A stretch of DNA of 32,000 nt from Trichlorobacter lovleyi SZ (GTDB lineage Bacteria; Desulfobacterota; Desulfuromonadia; Geobacterales; Pseudopelobacteraceae): positions 2,340,001 through 2,372,000 of the forward strand of contig NC_010814.1 in assembly GCF_000020385.1 (NCBI RefSeq), given 5' to 3'. The first letter of the stretch is position 1; each line of letters begins with the position of its first letter. This document shows, one piece after another, positions 16,849-24,862 of this stretch. The notes under the pieces are model-generated. The model searched no databases and was not told where the DNA came from. It worked only from the letters and a program-made list of their open reading frames with translations. Position numbers and translations under genes: made by a program.

Positions 16849-18230
16849 TATCCGTTACGGGTTCCGTTCTTTTTGTTAAAGGCCGGATGTTCCCTGAACT
16901 CATCTTCCCAGACCTGGTCAGCGATCTCGCCATAGCTGCGCGAATAGTGATCCATCTGGTCGGCCAGGCCGGTAAATATCTCTTCTGCTCCGGCATGGGT
17001 CGGATAGGCCCCTTCACTCTCAAAAAATTCACGGCCGTTTTCCGGATGGTCAATCAGCATGCAGGGACGCAACAGGTTGTCATGCTCCCCCTGTTTTTCA
17101 CGGATTTTACGGAACAGTGCCGAGCCCAGGGCATCCTTCAGGCTGGTGCGACGGATATTATCCACGGCAAAATGGCAGAAGACACACGGCTCAATATCCC
17201 CGCTGGCATTGATATGCAGGTATTTACGTCCGGCAGCCAGGCAGCCGGAGATCATCGGACCGTCATTCCAGAAATCAACAAACAGCATCGGCTTGCTGGC
17301 CCGGAACTGAATCGTTGCCCGCCGCAGCTGGTCACGCTGTTCCGGTGACGGCATCAGGGCCGGATCCGGTTCTCTGCCCACCGGCACATAGGAGAACAGC
17401 CAGAGTGCAAACACCCCCTGTTCCAGCAGGAAGTCGATATAGGCCGGATCGGTGATGATGTCGGTATTTTTGCTGGAATGGGTGAAGGAACCGCAGAAGG
17501 AGAGTCCGTTTTCACGCAGCAGACGCATGGCGTTCATGACCTTTTTAAAGTGACCGGCACCCCGCCGCTCATCGGTTTCCTGCTCATACCCTTCCAGCGA
17601 GAAGGCCGGCATGACGTTACCCACCGCAATCAGACGCTGCACCAGGGTATCATCAATCAGCCCGCCATGGGTAAAGACCAGAAAGGCCATGTCGCTATGC
17701 TTTTCAAACAGCTCAAAAATGCCTTCCATGAAAAACGGTTCACCGCCGGAGATCACCGCAAAGTAGATCCCCATCTCCTTCATCTGGGTCAGCACGCCAT
17801 CAATCTCGTCCAGGGTTAATTCAAGGGACTTGTTGTAGTCTCCGGCGTAGCAGCCGTAACAGGACAGGTTGCAGCGCATGGTGACCGAGATGACCACGGT
17901 GGATGGTGGGTAGAAACCGTTCGCATCAGCCCATTCCTTACGTTTGTTGGTGCCGGAGAGCAGATGATTGATCGCCAGGTTGGTGATCCACTTGTCACGC
18001 TGATTGGGATGCAGCTCCTTCAGAATCCGGCGCGGAAATTCAATGGAGGGATGCTTCTGCTGTACAAGATTGCGGATCCAGCGGATACGGTCCCGGTAGT
18101 ACTCCTTCTTGGGGATCATCTCCATCAGGTGGGTCATCTTGATCAGGGTTTCATCAGATGAGCTGGTCGCCATATTCAACAGATAGGATACGACTTTATC
18201 ACGGGTATATGTCTTCAGTGACTGCAGCAT
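16848..18230 (-). CDS. Radical SAM protein with a C-terminal SPASM/twitch-like Cys motif (no B12 domain)
   Basis: 460 aa. The radical SAM motif is MRCNLSCYGCYAGDY and the GGEP motif is ISGGEPFF. The C-terminal motif is GCLAAGRKYLHINASGDIEPCVFCH. A helical N-terminal extension of about 105 aa precedes the core. Confidence 0.8.
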   Translation of the reverse strand: MLQSLKTYTRDKVVSYLLNMATSSSDETLIKMTHLMEMIPKKEYYRDRIRWIRNLVQQKHPSIEFPRRILKELHPNQRDKWITNLAINHLLSGTNKRKEWADANGFYPPSTVVISVTMRCNLSCYGCYAGDYNKSLELTLDEIDGVLTQMKEMGIYFAVISGGEPFFMEGIFELFEKHSDMAFLVFTHGGLIDDTLVQRLIAVGNVMPAFSLEGYEQETDERRGAGHFKKVMNAMRLLRENGLSFCGSFTHSSKNTDIITDPAYIDFLLEQGVFALWLFSYVPVGREPDPALMPSPEQRDQLRRATIQFRASKPMLFVDFWNDGPMISGCLAAGRKYLHINASGDIEPCVFCHFAVDNIRRTSLKDALGSALFRKIREKQGEHDNLLRPCMLIDHPENGREFFESEGAYPTHAGAEEIFTGLADQMDHYSRSYGEIADQVWEDEFREHPAFNKKNGTRNG

Positions 18231-18241
18231 TGGCCGCCTCT

Positions 18242-18904
18242 CTACATGTATCTCAGGAATGTCATACAGATATTCCAGGTATCCTGCACCGGACGATAAT
18301 GGCTGGTGGCCCGTCCGTCGGCAACCCGTGCCGGAACCGGCAGCGAACCGATCTTAAAACCGGCCTTCCAGCCCTTCACCAGCAGTTCCATCTCCAGATC
18401 ATAGCCATCTTTTTCAAGCCTCACCGCACGCAGCAGCCTGGCATGGTAAAAACGAAAACCGGACTGGCTATCGGTAATTTCAAATCCGGTCCGTTTACGG
18501 ATGCACCAGACACCAAAACGGTTCCAGACCTTGCGCAGGCCTGCCATTTCTTCAAATTGACTATGCCGGGATGCGAGAAGACAATCATAACCTTTTTTGT
18601 CAGCTTCAGCAAGTAACCGTGAAATAGCGCTGGGATCATGCTGGCCATCGGCATCAAGGGTGACGACTCCATCATACTGCTGCTGGATTGCCCAGGCAAA
18701 ACCGGTCTTGAGGGCAGCCCCCTTGCCCCTGTTGACCGGATGGCTCAACAGGGTGACCGGCAGCCCGTCAAGGGTTTCAGCCGTAGCGTCAGTGGAACCG
18801 TCATCAACCACAACAAGCGGGTAGCCGTGTGTCAGTGACTCCAGCACCACCTCTCTGAGTGTAGCGGCAGCATTATAGGCTGGTATCAGGATACAGGGGG
18901 ACAC
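18242..18904 (-). CDS. Family 2 glycosyltransferase (short, polyprenyl-phosphate/lipid-sugar transferase-like)
   Basis: 220 aa with ILIPAYNAA, VVVDDGSTD and TLDADGQHDP (DxD). It has a GTG start at 18902-18904 and overlaps the end of the deacetylase gene by 19 nt. Confidence 0.85.
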   Translation of the reverse strand: MSPCILIPAYNAAATLREVVLESLTHGYPLVVVDDGSTDATAETLDGLPVTLLSHPVNRGKGAALKTGFAWAIQQQYDGVVTLDADGQHDPSAISRLLAEADKKGYDCLLASRHSQFEEMAGLRKVWNRFGVWCIRKRTGFEITDSQSGFRFYHARLLRAVRLEKDGYDLEMELLVKGWKAGFKIGSLPVPARVADGRATSHYRPVQDTWNICMTFLRYM

Positions 18905-19737
18905 GATTCAAGCAACTCCACTAACGGTTTAAAGGTATGGCTTACCAGCAGCTTTTCCAGGCGTTTCCCGGAACCGGCACGGGGGCCATACGCCAGAAAG
19001 CCTCGCAACAGGGGTAGTGGCAGGCGGGGGCTGTCGGGATCCAGCTCCCGGGGATGCACAAACAGTACTCCCGGCACCCCTGCCAGCTGACAGCTGTGTA
19101 AGGCACGCTCAATCATCCCATAGGGAAACGCCCTGAAGCCCCAGCCCCCTCCGACCGGTAGATTTCCCAGCAGAGATTGCGCAACCAACGGCGGGAACTC
19201 ACAGATGCTCCCCTGTGACGTCTTAATCAGATGCGGCGCCCGCGGCCCGTTCGGATCGCCGATGGCGGCAAGCGGTGTCAGGCTGCTGTCGTAACGATAG
19301 CCAAGCTCTTTCAGGATTTCAAAGGCCCAGGGGGTCTTGCGTCTATCCAGGGACCAGCGGGGCGCCCTGAAACCAAGCGGCGTACAGCCGGTCTGCTGCC
19401 TCAGCACGGCAGCTGTACGTTCAAGTTCAGACCTGAATTCAGCCGGTGTCAACCCGGTGACCAGGCGATGCGACCAACCGTGGGAAGCAAGCTCGTGCCC
19501 ATCGGCAACAATTGCAGGAGCCAGCTCCGGAAAAGTATCTGCCACCTCACCAAGCATGAAGAAGGTCGCCCTGCTGCCCTGCCCGCGCAGCAGGTCCAGC
19601 AGCCGCCGGGTGGCAGCAACAACCCGTGATTGCCTGCGATACTCCGGCAGAATCTCCGCCCCACAGACATGGAACCAATCCTCAACGTCAACGGTCAGGC
19701 TGTGGCAGACGGATTCTGGCGATCCCGAAATTAGCAT
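18886..19737 (-). CDS. Polysaccharide deacetylase family protein (NodB-homology)
   Basis: 283 aa with LTVDVEDWFH, ATFFMLGEVA and HELASHGWSH motifs. It appears to be the first gene of the minus-strand cluster. Confidence 0.85.
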   Translation of the reverse strand: MLISGSPESVCHSLTVDVEDWFHVCGAEILPEYRRQSRVVAATRRLLDLLRGQGSRATFFMLGEVADTFPELAPAIVADGHELASHGWSHRLVTGLTPAEFRSELERTAAVLRQQTGCTPLGFRAPRWSLDRRKTPWAFEILKELGYRYDSSLTPLAAIGDPNGPRAPHLIKTSQGSICEFPPLVAQSLLGNLPVGGGWGFRAFPYGMIERALHSCQLAGVPGVLFVHPRELDPDSPRLPLPLLRGFLAYGPRAGSGKRLEKLLVSHTFKPLVELLESCPPVS

Positions 19738-19743
19738 CCAAAT

Positions 19744-19772
19744 TTAATACCTGATTATCGAAAGCTACTCAA
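19744..19772 (-). promoter_or_regulatory. Candidate sigma70-type promoter for the lipid cluster (possibly giving a leaderless mRNA)
   Basis: The minus strand reads TTGAGT-17 nt-TATTAA, and the -10 ends 6 nt before the deacetylase ATG at 19737. No SD is visible in front of that ATG. Confidence 0.25.
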
Positions 19773-20021
19773 TAAGTATATGCACCAGACAGGTTGCCCG
19801 CGGCAGCAGGATCCGGCCGTTGAAAGACCTGATATCTGATGGTTAAGCGGTGCATGGGCTGGCTTGCATCTGCCGCACGCTTACAAGTTCAGGACAGCAT
19901 GGATACATGGGATCTCTGGAGGACAGGCCTGTCTCATTGACGGCGTAATGTCAGAATGCCGTGTCTCAACATGTCGCTACAGCCAGTGCGGGATGCGAAG
20001 CCCGACCACCACCCGCTATCG

Positions 20022-20891
20022 TCATGGCATGGGGGACACCGTAAAAGCTCCATTCCCGTAAGCAGCCCCCTTGCCGATATGCAGCAGCCCCCCCAGGCTC
20101 AGCAAGGGGCCCAGTTCATTACAGGGGCCTTCCAGCACAAAATGACCTGACACACCACGCCGGCCCTGCTGCTGCACGCTTTGGGACAGCAGCCGGAATC
20201 GCTCAGCCGATTGTGCATACCTGCGAAACAGATCAGGATCTGCGCTTGTGCCGTAATAGGCCGTCAGTGAAGAAATGCGGCGTAAAACCGCCTTGACAAA
20301 CAGTCCGGGTTCAAAGCGATTCAGTTCTCGGCCCTGATGAAGCATGCGAAGCGGGCTGGTGATCGTAATCTGGATCTGCTGACAGGAGGCAAAGCGTGGT
20401 GTTGCGAGGTCAAGCAAGGTAGCAGCAGAAAGGACCGGTATGTCGGCAAGGCTTCGGGATGAGAGGTCAGGCAGGATACGCTGCTGGTTCTGATAGTCGC
20501 AGACAGAGACCTGGTACAAGCTAACAGCGTCAAGCGACTGCTCAACAGCCCGCACAAACAGTGCGACCTGATGAATGGCCGGCCCAAGCAGGACAAGGCT
20601 CAACTCAAGCTGTCCTGACTCTGTCTGCTGCAATGGCCCCAGAACAAATGGCACCCCCGGTCGCTGATAGAGTCTGACCAGCTCAGGGTCAGATGAGAGT
20701 ATGCGGCCACAGAGTAGAACAAAAGGACAGCTCCCGTTTTGAGGACAGCCTGTGCACTCCCTGTCATCCGGATTGCAGACCAGGGCACGTAGCGCTGCTT
20801 CAAACCGCAGGGCGCTGCCAACCAGCTGCGTGAGCTTTGCAAGCGTTTCTGATGGCAATGTCAGCTGCAGGGTAACGAGATTCAGGTCCAT
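20022..20891 (-). CDS. Cas6-like RAMP-fold protein (DUF2276 / PF10040-type), stand-alone
   Basis: 289 aa. The N-terminal Cys cluster is CNPDDRECTGCPQNGSCPFVLLC, followed by PGVPFVLGPL and LELSLVLLGPA. It also has ITSPLRML, LRRISSLTAYYG and a C-terminal glycine-rich RAMP-like motif, LGGLLHIGKGAAYGNGAFTV. This matches my memory of the DUF2276/Cas6 family pattern, but no HMM search was run. Confidence 0.5.
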   Translation of the reverse strand: MDLNLVTLQLTLPSETLAKLTQLVGSALRFEAALRALVCNPDDRECTGCPQNGSCPFVLLCGRILSSDPELVRLYQRPGVPFVLGPLQQTESGQLELSLVLLGPAIHQVALFVRAVEQSLDAVSLYQVSVCDYQNQQRILPDLSSRSLADIPVLSAATLLDLATPRFASCQQIQITITSPLRMLHQGRELNRFEPGLFVKAVLRRISSLTAYYGTSADPDLFRRYAQSAERFRLLSQSVQQQGRRGVSGHFVLEGPCNELGPLLSLGGLLHIGKGAAYGNGAFTVSPMP

Positions 20892-20923
20892 AAATAAAGC
20901 AGGGCGACCGTTGCCGGTCGCCC
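20892..20923 (-). terminator. Rho-independent terminator after frdB
   Basis: The minus strand reads GGGCGACCG-GCAA-CGGTCGCCC followed by TGCTTTATTT. The T-rich tail runs directly into the ATG of the Cas6-like ORF. Confidence 0.7.
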
Positions 20924-20950
20924 CATTACTCCATCATTCTTCAGACACAA

Positions 20951-21706
20951 TTAAAATTGGGCCTTGATATACTCCCTGTTCATACGGGCGATAAACTTGA
21001 CGTTGATCCCTTTTGGACAGGCAGCCATACACTCATAGTGGTTGGTACAGTTACCAAAACCACAGTCCTTCATGGCCTGAACCATGTTCGTAACGCGGGC
21101 CTTGGCTTCCACTTTGCCTTGGGGTAGTACAGCCAGTTGGGAAACCTTGGCGCCGGTGAACAGCATGGCCGCACCATTGGGGCAGCCAGCCACGCAGGCA
21201 CCGCATCCGATACACTCGGCAGCATCCATTGCCTCATCTGCAGCAGGCTTTGGAATCAGGATGGCGTTACCATCAGCAACACCGCCGGTATGACAGGAGG
21301 TGTAACCGCCGGCCTGAATGATCTTGTCCAGGGCTTCACGGTCAACCACCAGGTCCTTCACAATCGGGAACGCGCGGGCACGCCACGGCTCGATATAGAT
21401 GGTGTCGCCATCGTGAAACTTCCGCATATGCAGCTGGCATACGGTAGTACGCTCCTGGCCGCCGTGGGGCATACCATTAATAACCTGTGAACACATACCG
21501 CAGATACCTTCGCGGCAGTCATGGTCAAAGGCCACCGGCTGCTTGCCGGCCTTGATCAGGTCCTCGTTCAGGACGTCGAGCATCTCCAGAAAGGAGTGAT
21601 GCTCGGTGATCCCCTTGACAGTGTAGTTTTCAAATTTTCCAGTGTCGTTAGCGTTCTTCTGGCGCCACACGACAAGGTTAATCGTCATGGTCTTGTGATC
21701 GCTCAT
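20951..21706 (-). CDS. frdB: Succinate dehydrogenase/fumarate reductase iron-sulfur subunit
   Basis: 251 aa. The 2Fe-2S motif is CREGICGMC and the 4Fe-4S/3Fe-4S motifs are [12 protein letters not shown] and [12 protein letters not shown]. Its ATG shares one base with the frdA TAA. Confidence 0.93.
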   Translation of the reverse strand: MSDHKTMTINLVVWRQKNANDTGKFENYTVKGITEHHSFLEMLDVLNEDLIKAGKQPVAFDHDCREGICGMCSQVINGMPHGGQERTTVCQLHMRKFHDGDTIYIEPWRARAFPIVKDLVVDREALDKIIQAGGYTSCHTGGVADGNAILIPKPAADEAMDAAECIGCGACVAGCPNGAAMLFTGAKVSQLAVLPQGKVEAKARVTNMVQAMKDCGFGNCTNHYECMAACPKGINVKFIARMNREYIKAQF

Positions 21707-23622
21707 TATTTGTAGCTCCTTACGGCGAGATGGACGTTCTCGAATTTGAGGGGCTCCTTGTGCAGTTCAGGCTCGTTGTTGATACCCTTGAACTCCCAGG
21801 CGCCTGCATAACAGAAGTTGGCGTCATCACGTTGTGCCTCGCCGTCGTCTGTCTGATACTCGGTCCGGAAGTGACCACCACAGGATTCGTTGCGATGCAG
21901 GGCGTCACGGCACATAAGCTCTGCAAATTCAAGGAAGTCTGCGGTACGTCCGGCATTTTCAAGATCCTGGTTAAACTCGGCACCGGTACCGGTAACCTTG
22001 ACGTTCTTCCAGAACTCTTCGCGCAGGGCGGGAATCTTCTCCAGGTTGATCTTCAGTGAGGCATCGGAACGGGCCATACCGCAGTTTTCCCACATCAGTC
22101 CACCCAGCTCACGCATAAACTCTGAAACGGTCTTCTTGCCGTTTACGTTGAGCAACTTATTGCCGTAAGCCTTGATTTCATCAACGGACTTCTTGAACTC
22201 GGGATTGTCAGTAGAGGTACCGGAAGGCTTCACGCCGGCCAGATAGCCGCCGATGGTGTATGGAATGACGAAGTAGCCGTCAGCCAGACCTTGCATCAGG
22301 GCTGAAGCACCCAGACGGTTTGCACCGTGTACCGAGAAGTTAGCCTCACCAAGTACAAACAGACCGGGGATGTTGCTCATCAGGTTATAATCAACCCAGA
22401 GGCCACCCATTGAGTAGTGGGGGGCAGGATACATACGCATTGGGCGCTTGTAGCCATCCTCATCGGTGATCTTCTCGTACATTTCGAACAGGTTGCCGTA
22501 ACGCTCCTTGATGGTATCAGCACCTACCCGCTTGATGGCAGTGGAGAAGTCAAGGTAGACACCGCGGCCACCCGGTCCAACACCGCGGGCATCATCACAC
22601 TGCTCTTTGGCAGCACGGGAGGCGATATCACGGGGGGCAAGGTTACCGAAGGAGGGGTATTTGCGCTCCAGGTAGTAGTCACGGTCGTCTTCAGCAATCT
22701 CGTTGGGGTGCTTGCCGCAATCTTCCTTCTTCTTGGGCACCCAGCAGCGGCCATCGTTCCGCAAGGACTCGGACATCAGGGTCAGCTTGGACTGATAATC
22801 ACCGGCTTGTGGAATACAGGTCGGGTGAATCTGGGTGTAGCAAGGGTTGGCAAAGAAAGCACCCTTCTTGTGGGCAGCCCAGTTTGCCGTTACGGAGCAG
22901 CCCATGGCGTTGGTCGAGAGGTAGAACACGTTCACATAGCCACCGGTTGCAAGACAGACTGCGTCAGCAGCATAGCTCTCGATCTCACCGGTAACCAGGT
23001 TGCGAACGGTGATCCCTTTGGCAACACCGTCAATAACCACCAGGTCAAGCATTTCACGGCGGGTGTACATCTTTACGGTACCGGCCTTGATCTGACGTGC
23101 CAGGGCAGAGTAGGCACCCAGCAGCAGCTGCTGGCCGGTCTGACCACGAGCGTAGAACGTACGGGAAACCTGGGCGCCACCGAAGGAACGGTTATCCAGA
23201 TAGCCGGCATAGTCACGGGCAAACGGAACACCCTGGGCTACGCACTGGTCAATGATGTTATTGGAGACCTGGGCAAGACGCCAGACGTCCGCTTCACGGG
23301 CACGGAAGTCGCCACCCTTGATGGTGTCATAGAACAGACGATAGATCGAGTCACCGTCGTTCGGATAAGCTTTAGCAGCGTTGATACCACCCTGTGCAGC
23401 AATCGAGTGCGCGCGACGGGGGCTGTCCTGATAGCAGAAAGCCTGTACGTTGTAGCCGAGCTCTCCGAGAGAGGCTGCGGCAGCGCCACCGGCCAGGCCG
23501 GTACCAACCATGATGATGTTGTATTTACGCTTGTTGGCGGGGTTAACCAGCTTCAGATCGAAGCGGTGTTTGTCCCAGCTCTGTTGAATTGGTCCGGTTG
23601 GACATTTACCATCGAGTATCAC
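21706..23622 (-). CDS. frdA: Succinate dehydrogenase/fumarate reductase flavoprotein subunit
   Basis: 638 aa. The FAD motif is [11 protein letters not shown] and the covalent-FAD His context is [14 protein letters not shown]. Also present are HPTCIP and [10 protein letters not shown]. It has a GTG start at 23620-23622 preceded by AAGGGGG. Confidence 0.95.
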   Translation of the reverse strand: MILDGKCPTGPIQQSWDKHRFDLKLVNPANKRKYNIIMVGTGLAGGAAAASLGELGYNVQAFCYQDSPRRAHSIAAQGGINAAKAYPNDGDSIYRLFYDTIKGGDFRAREADVWRLAQVSNNIIDQCVAQGVPFARDYAGYLDNRSFGGAQVSRTFYARGQTGQQLLLGAYSALARQIKAGTVKMYTRREMLDLVVIDGVAKGITVRNLVTGEIESYAADAVCLATGGYVNVFYLSTNAMGCSVTANWAAHKKGAFFANPCYTQIHPTCIPQAGDYQSKLTLMSESLRNDGRCWVPKKKEDCGKHPNEIAEDDRDYYLERKYPSFGNLAPRDIASRAAKEQCDDARGVGPGGRGVYLDFSTAIKRVGADTIKERYGNLFEMYEKITDEDGYKRPMRMYPAPHYSMGGLWVDYNLMSNIPGLFVLGEANFSVHGANRLGASALMQGLADGYFVIPYTIGGYLAGVKPSGTSTDNPEFKKSVDEIKAYGNKLLNVNGKKTVSEFMRELGGLMWENCGMARSDASLKINLEKIPALREEFWKNVKVTGTGAEFNQDLENAGRTADFLEFAELMCRDALHRNESCGGHFRTEYQTDDGEAQRDDANFCYAGAWEFKGINNEPELHKEPLKFENVHLAVRSYK

Positions 23623-23632
23623 GTGTACCCCC

Positions 23633-24301
23633 TTAACCTTTTATGATTCCGAAGAGAATTGACAGTGGGATGGCAACGAACCCGGCAAACAGCACCAGAG
23701 CAACCAGGGCACCGGCCTTGGTGATGGTGGGCAGGGTGTTACCGTTTGCCAGACCAAAGGTCTGGAACAGGCTCTGAATACCGTGATAGAGGTGCATGAA
23801 CAGCACCACCATGGCCACGGCATAGATACCGGCACCGGCGATGGACGAGAAGCTGGAAGCCACCATGGCAAAGACATTAAAATGACCGGCAGCATCATTA
23901 ACCAGTGTCAGACCGGGGGTAGCGCGGAACGTGAAGTGCAGCAGGTGATAGACGATAAAGACAAACAGCAGCAGACCGGTCCAGATCATGTTTTCACTGG
24001 CAAAAGTCGCCTTACGGGTTGCCTTGACAGCGTAGTCGGAGGGACGGCCGCCACGGTTTTCAATGGTCAACTGGATACCGTAGACTACGTGTACAACAAA
24101 CAGTGCCAGCATGATTGCCCTGAAGACCATGATAATGGGCAGCGGCATGCTGTGCAGATGCTCGGCGTAGGCGTTGATCCCGCTCGGGCCTACAAAAATG
24201 GTACTGTTGCCGATAAGATGGACAACAGCAAACAGGACCATACACAGACCTGTTACTGCCATCACAATCTTTCTGCCGATGGATGTGTTCAGAAATTCCA
24301 T
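23633..24301 (-). CDS. frdC: Succinate dehydrogenase/fumarate reductase dihaem cytochrome b membrane subunit (type B, five helices)
   Basis: Hydrophobic protein with conserved His residues in helices (VHLIGN, AEHLH, HVVYG, YHLLH, MHLYHG). I start it at the ATG at 24299-24301 ([11 protein letters not shown]...), which is preceded by AAGGAAGGGAG. The track ORF starts 16 codons upstream. Confidence 0.85.
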   Translation of the reverse strand: MEFLNTSIGRKIVMAVTGLCMVLFAVVHLIGNSTIFVGPSGINAYAEHLHSMPLPIIMVFRAIMLALFVVHVVYGIQLTIENRGGRPSDYAVKATRKATFASENMIWTGLLLFVFIVYHLLHFTFRATPGLTLVNDAAGHFNVFAMVASSFSSIAGAGIYAVAMVVLFMHLYHGIQSLFQTFGLANGNTLPTITKAGALVALVLFAGFVAIPLSILFGIIKG

Positions 24302-24491
24302 AAACTCCCTTCCTTTTATGATGTAGTGATGATGCTCACTGCGTGACAAACAGCCAAGAATACGTCCGGTTATACGCCCTGCGGTGGTCCCCGCCAGTTA
24401 AGCCTGCGATAATGCTGCATGAAGAGCCTCCTTGTGGGGTGTCTATGTTGTGTCCAGATCCTGTCCTGGTCAGTATTTCAAAGCACCGCGC

Positions 24492-24520
24492 ATACTAAAC
24501 GCCGTTTTAGGAAATTGCAA
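24492..24520 (-). promoter_or_regulatory. Candidate sigma70 promoter for frdCAB
   Basis: The minus strand reads TTGCAA-17 nt-TAGTAT, which implies a 5' leader of about 185 nt. Confidence 0.35.
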
Positions 24521-24602
24521 GGATTTTATGTATACAGCATACAAACCTGCCCCGCCCTGCCAGGTCATCTGACGCCCCATGGCACTTCTGACGCAAAGCA
24601 GG

Positions 24603-24631
24603 TGGACATGTGTCAAAACCCGTGTTATAAA
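24603..24631 (+). promoter_or_regulatory. Candidate sigma70 promoter for tRNA-Leu
   Basis: TGGACA-17 nt-TATAAA, with the -10 ending 11 nt before the mature tRNA 5' end. Confidence 0.4.
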
Positions 24632-24642
24632 GTTCGTCCTCT

Positions 24643-24729
24643 GCGGGCATGGTGGAATAGGTAGACACAAGAGACTTAAAATCTCTCGGGGGCAACCCTG
24701 TGCCGGTTCGAGTCCGGCTGCCCGCACCA
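24643..24729 (+). tRNA. tRNA-Leu (anticodon UAA), class II with long variable arm, encoded CCA
   Basis: The acceptor stem pairs GCGGGCA with TGCCCGC, followed by A and CCA. The D-arm is GTGGAATAGGTAGACAC. The anticodon stem-loop is AGAGA-CTTAAAA-TCTCT. The variable arm is long (CGGGGGCAACCCTG). The T-arm is GCCGGTTCGAGTCCGGC. Total length is 87 nt. Confidence 0.93.
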
Positions 24730-24862
24730 CCCTTTCTTAACACCCCTTAATCACTCGTCTCTTTTTACACCATTTTTCTTTTTATGCAGTTTTTTTTAGT
24801 TTTGTTATCAGCCAGCTGTGCTATAAGGCGATTATCTTAATTAATCTCCACAGGGAGGCACT

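Noticed and set aside
19738-20021. A cobalamin riboswitch in front of the operon encoding four B12-dependent-type enzymes.
   Set aside because: I looked on the minus strand for a B12-box-like sequence (AGYCMGGAGACCKGCC type) and the conserved GGGAA/GGTG core and found neither. The GACAGGCCTGTC palindrome resembles the B12 box only superficially. An Infernal scan would be needed to be definitive.
19738-20950. A CRISPR array or cas genes near the Cas6-like ORF.
   Set aside because: Reading both flanks and the other intergenic regions of the window, I saw no series of 25-40 nt direct repeats with unique spacers. The neighbours are frdB and a deacetylase gene. This is an eye inspection only.
22417-23646. 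Long + strand ORFs antisense to well-supported genes. Examples are 22417-23646 (409 aa, opposite frdA), 9703-10788 (361 aa, opposite hsdM), 11972-12937 (321 aa), 3427-4374 (315 aa) and 25477-26235 (252 aa).
   Set aside because: Each lies fully inside a minus-strand gene with unmistakable family motifs. Their translations are Gly/Arg/Pro/Val-rich with no recognisable motifs. This is typical of shadow ORFs in GC-rich coding DNA.
23633-24349. Longest-ORF starts given in the track for frdC (24349), HAD hydrolase (27106), FabD-like (11774), oxidoreductase (26367), brnA (29623) and hsdM (10851, TTG).
   Set aside because: In most of these cases an internal ATG either has a clear SD or forms the ATGA/TGATG coupling seen throughout the operon, and it matches where the conserved family N-terminus begins. 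The upstream extensions add non-conserved residues. Several of them overlap the preceding gene.
24580-24595. A sigma54-like -24/-12 element, TGGCAC-N5-ACGCA, on the + strand about 48 nt upstream of tRNA-Leu.
   Set aside because: The GG/GC spacing is right, but the -12 element deviates (ACGC versus TTGC). A sigma54 promoter for a tRNA is biologically unlikely. A conventional TGGACA-17-TATAAA promoter lies closer to the tRNA.
24643-24729. tRNA-Leu as the integration site of the RM/DarTG island.
   Set aside because: The tRNA is about 13.8 kb from the island, with frdCAB and lipid genes in between. No integrase or direct repeat of the tRNA 3' end was seen.
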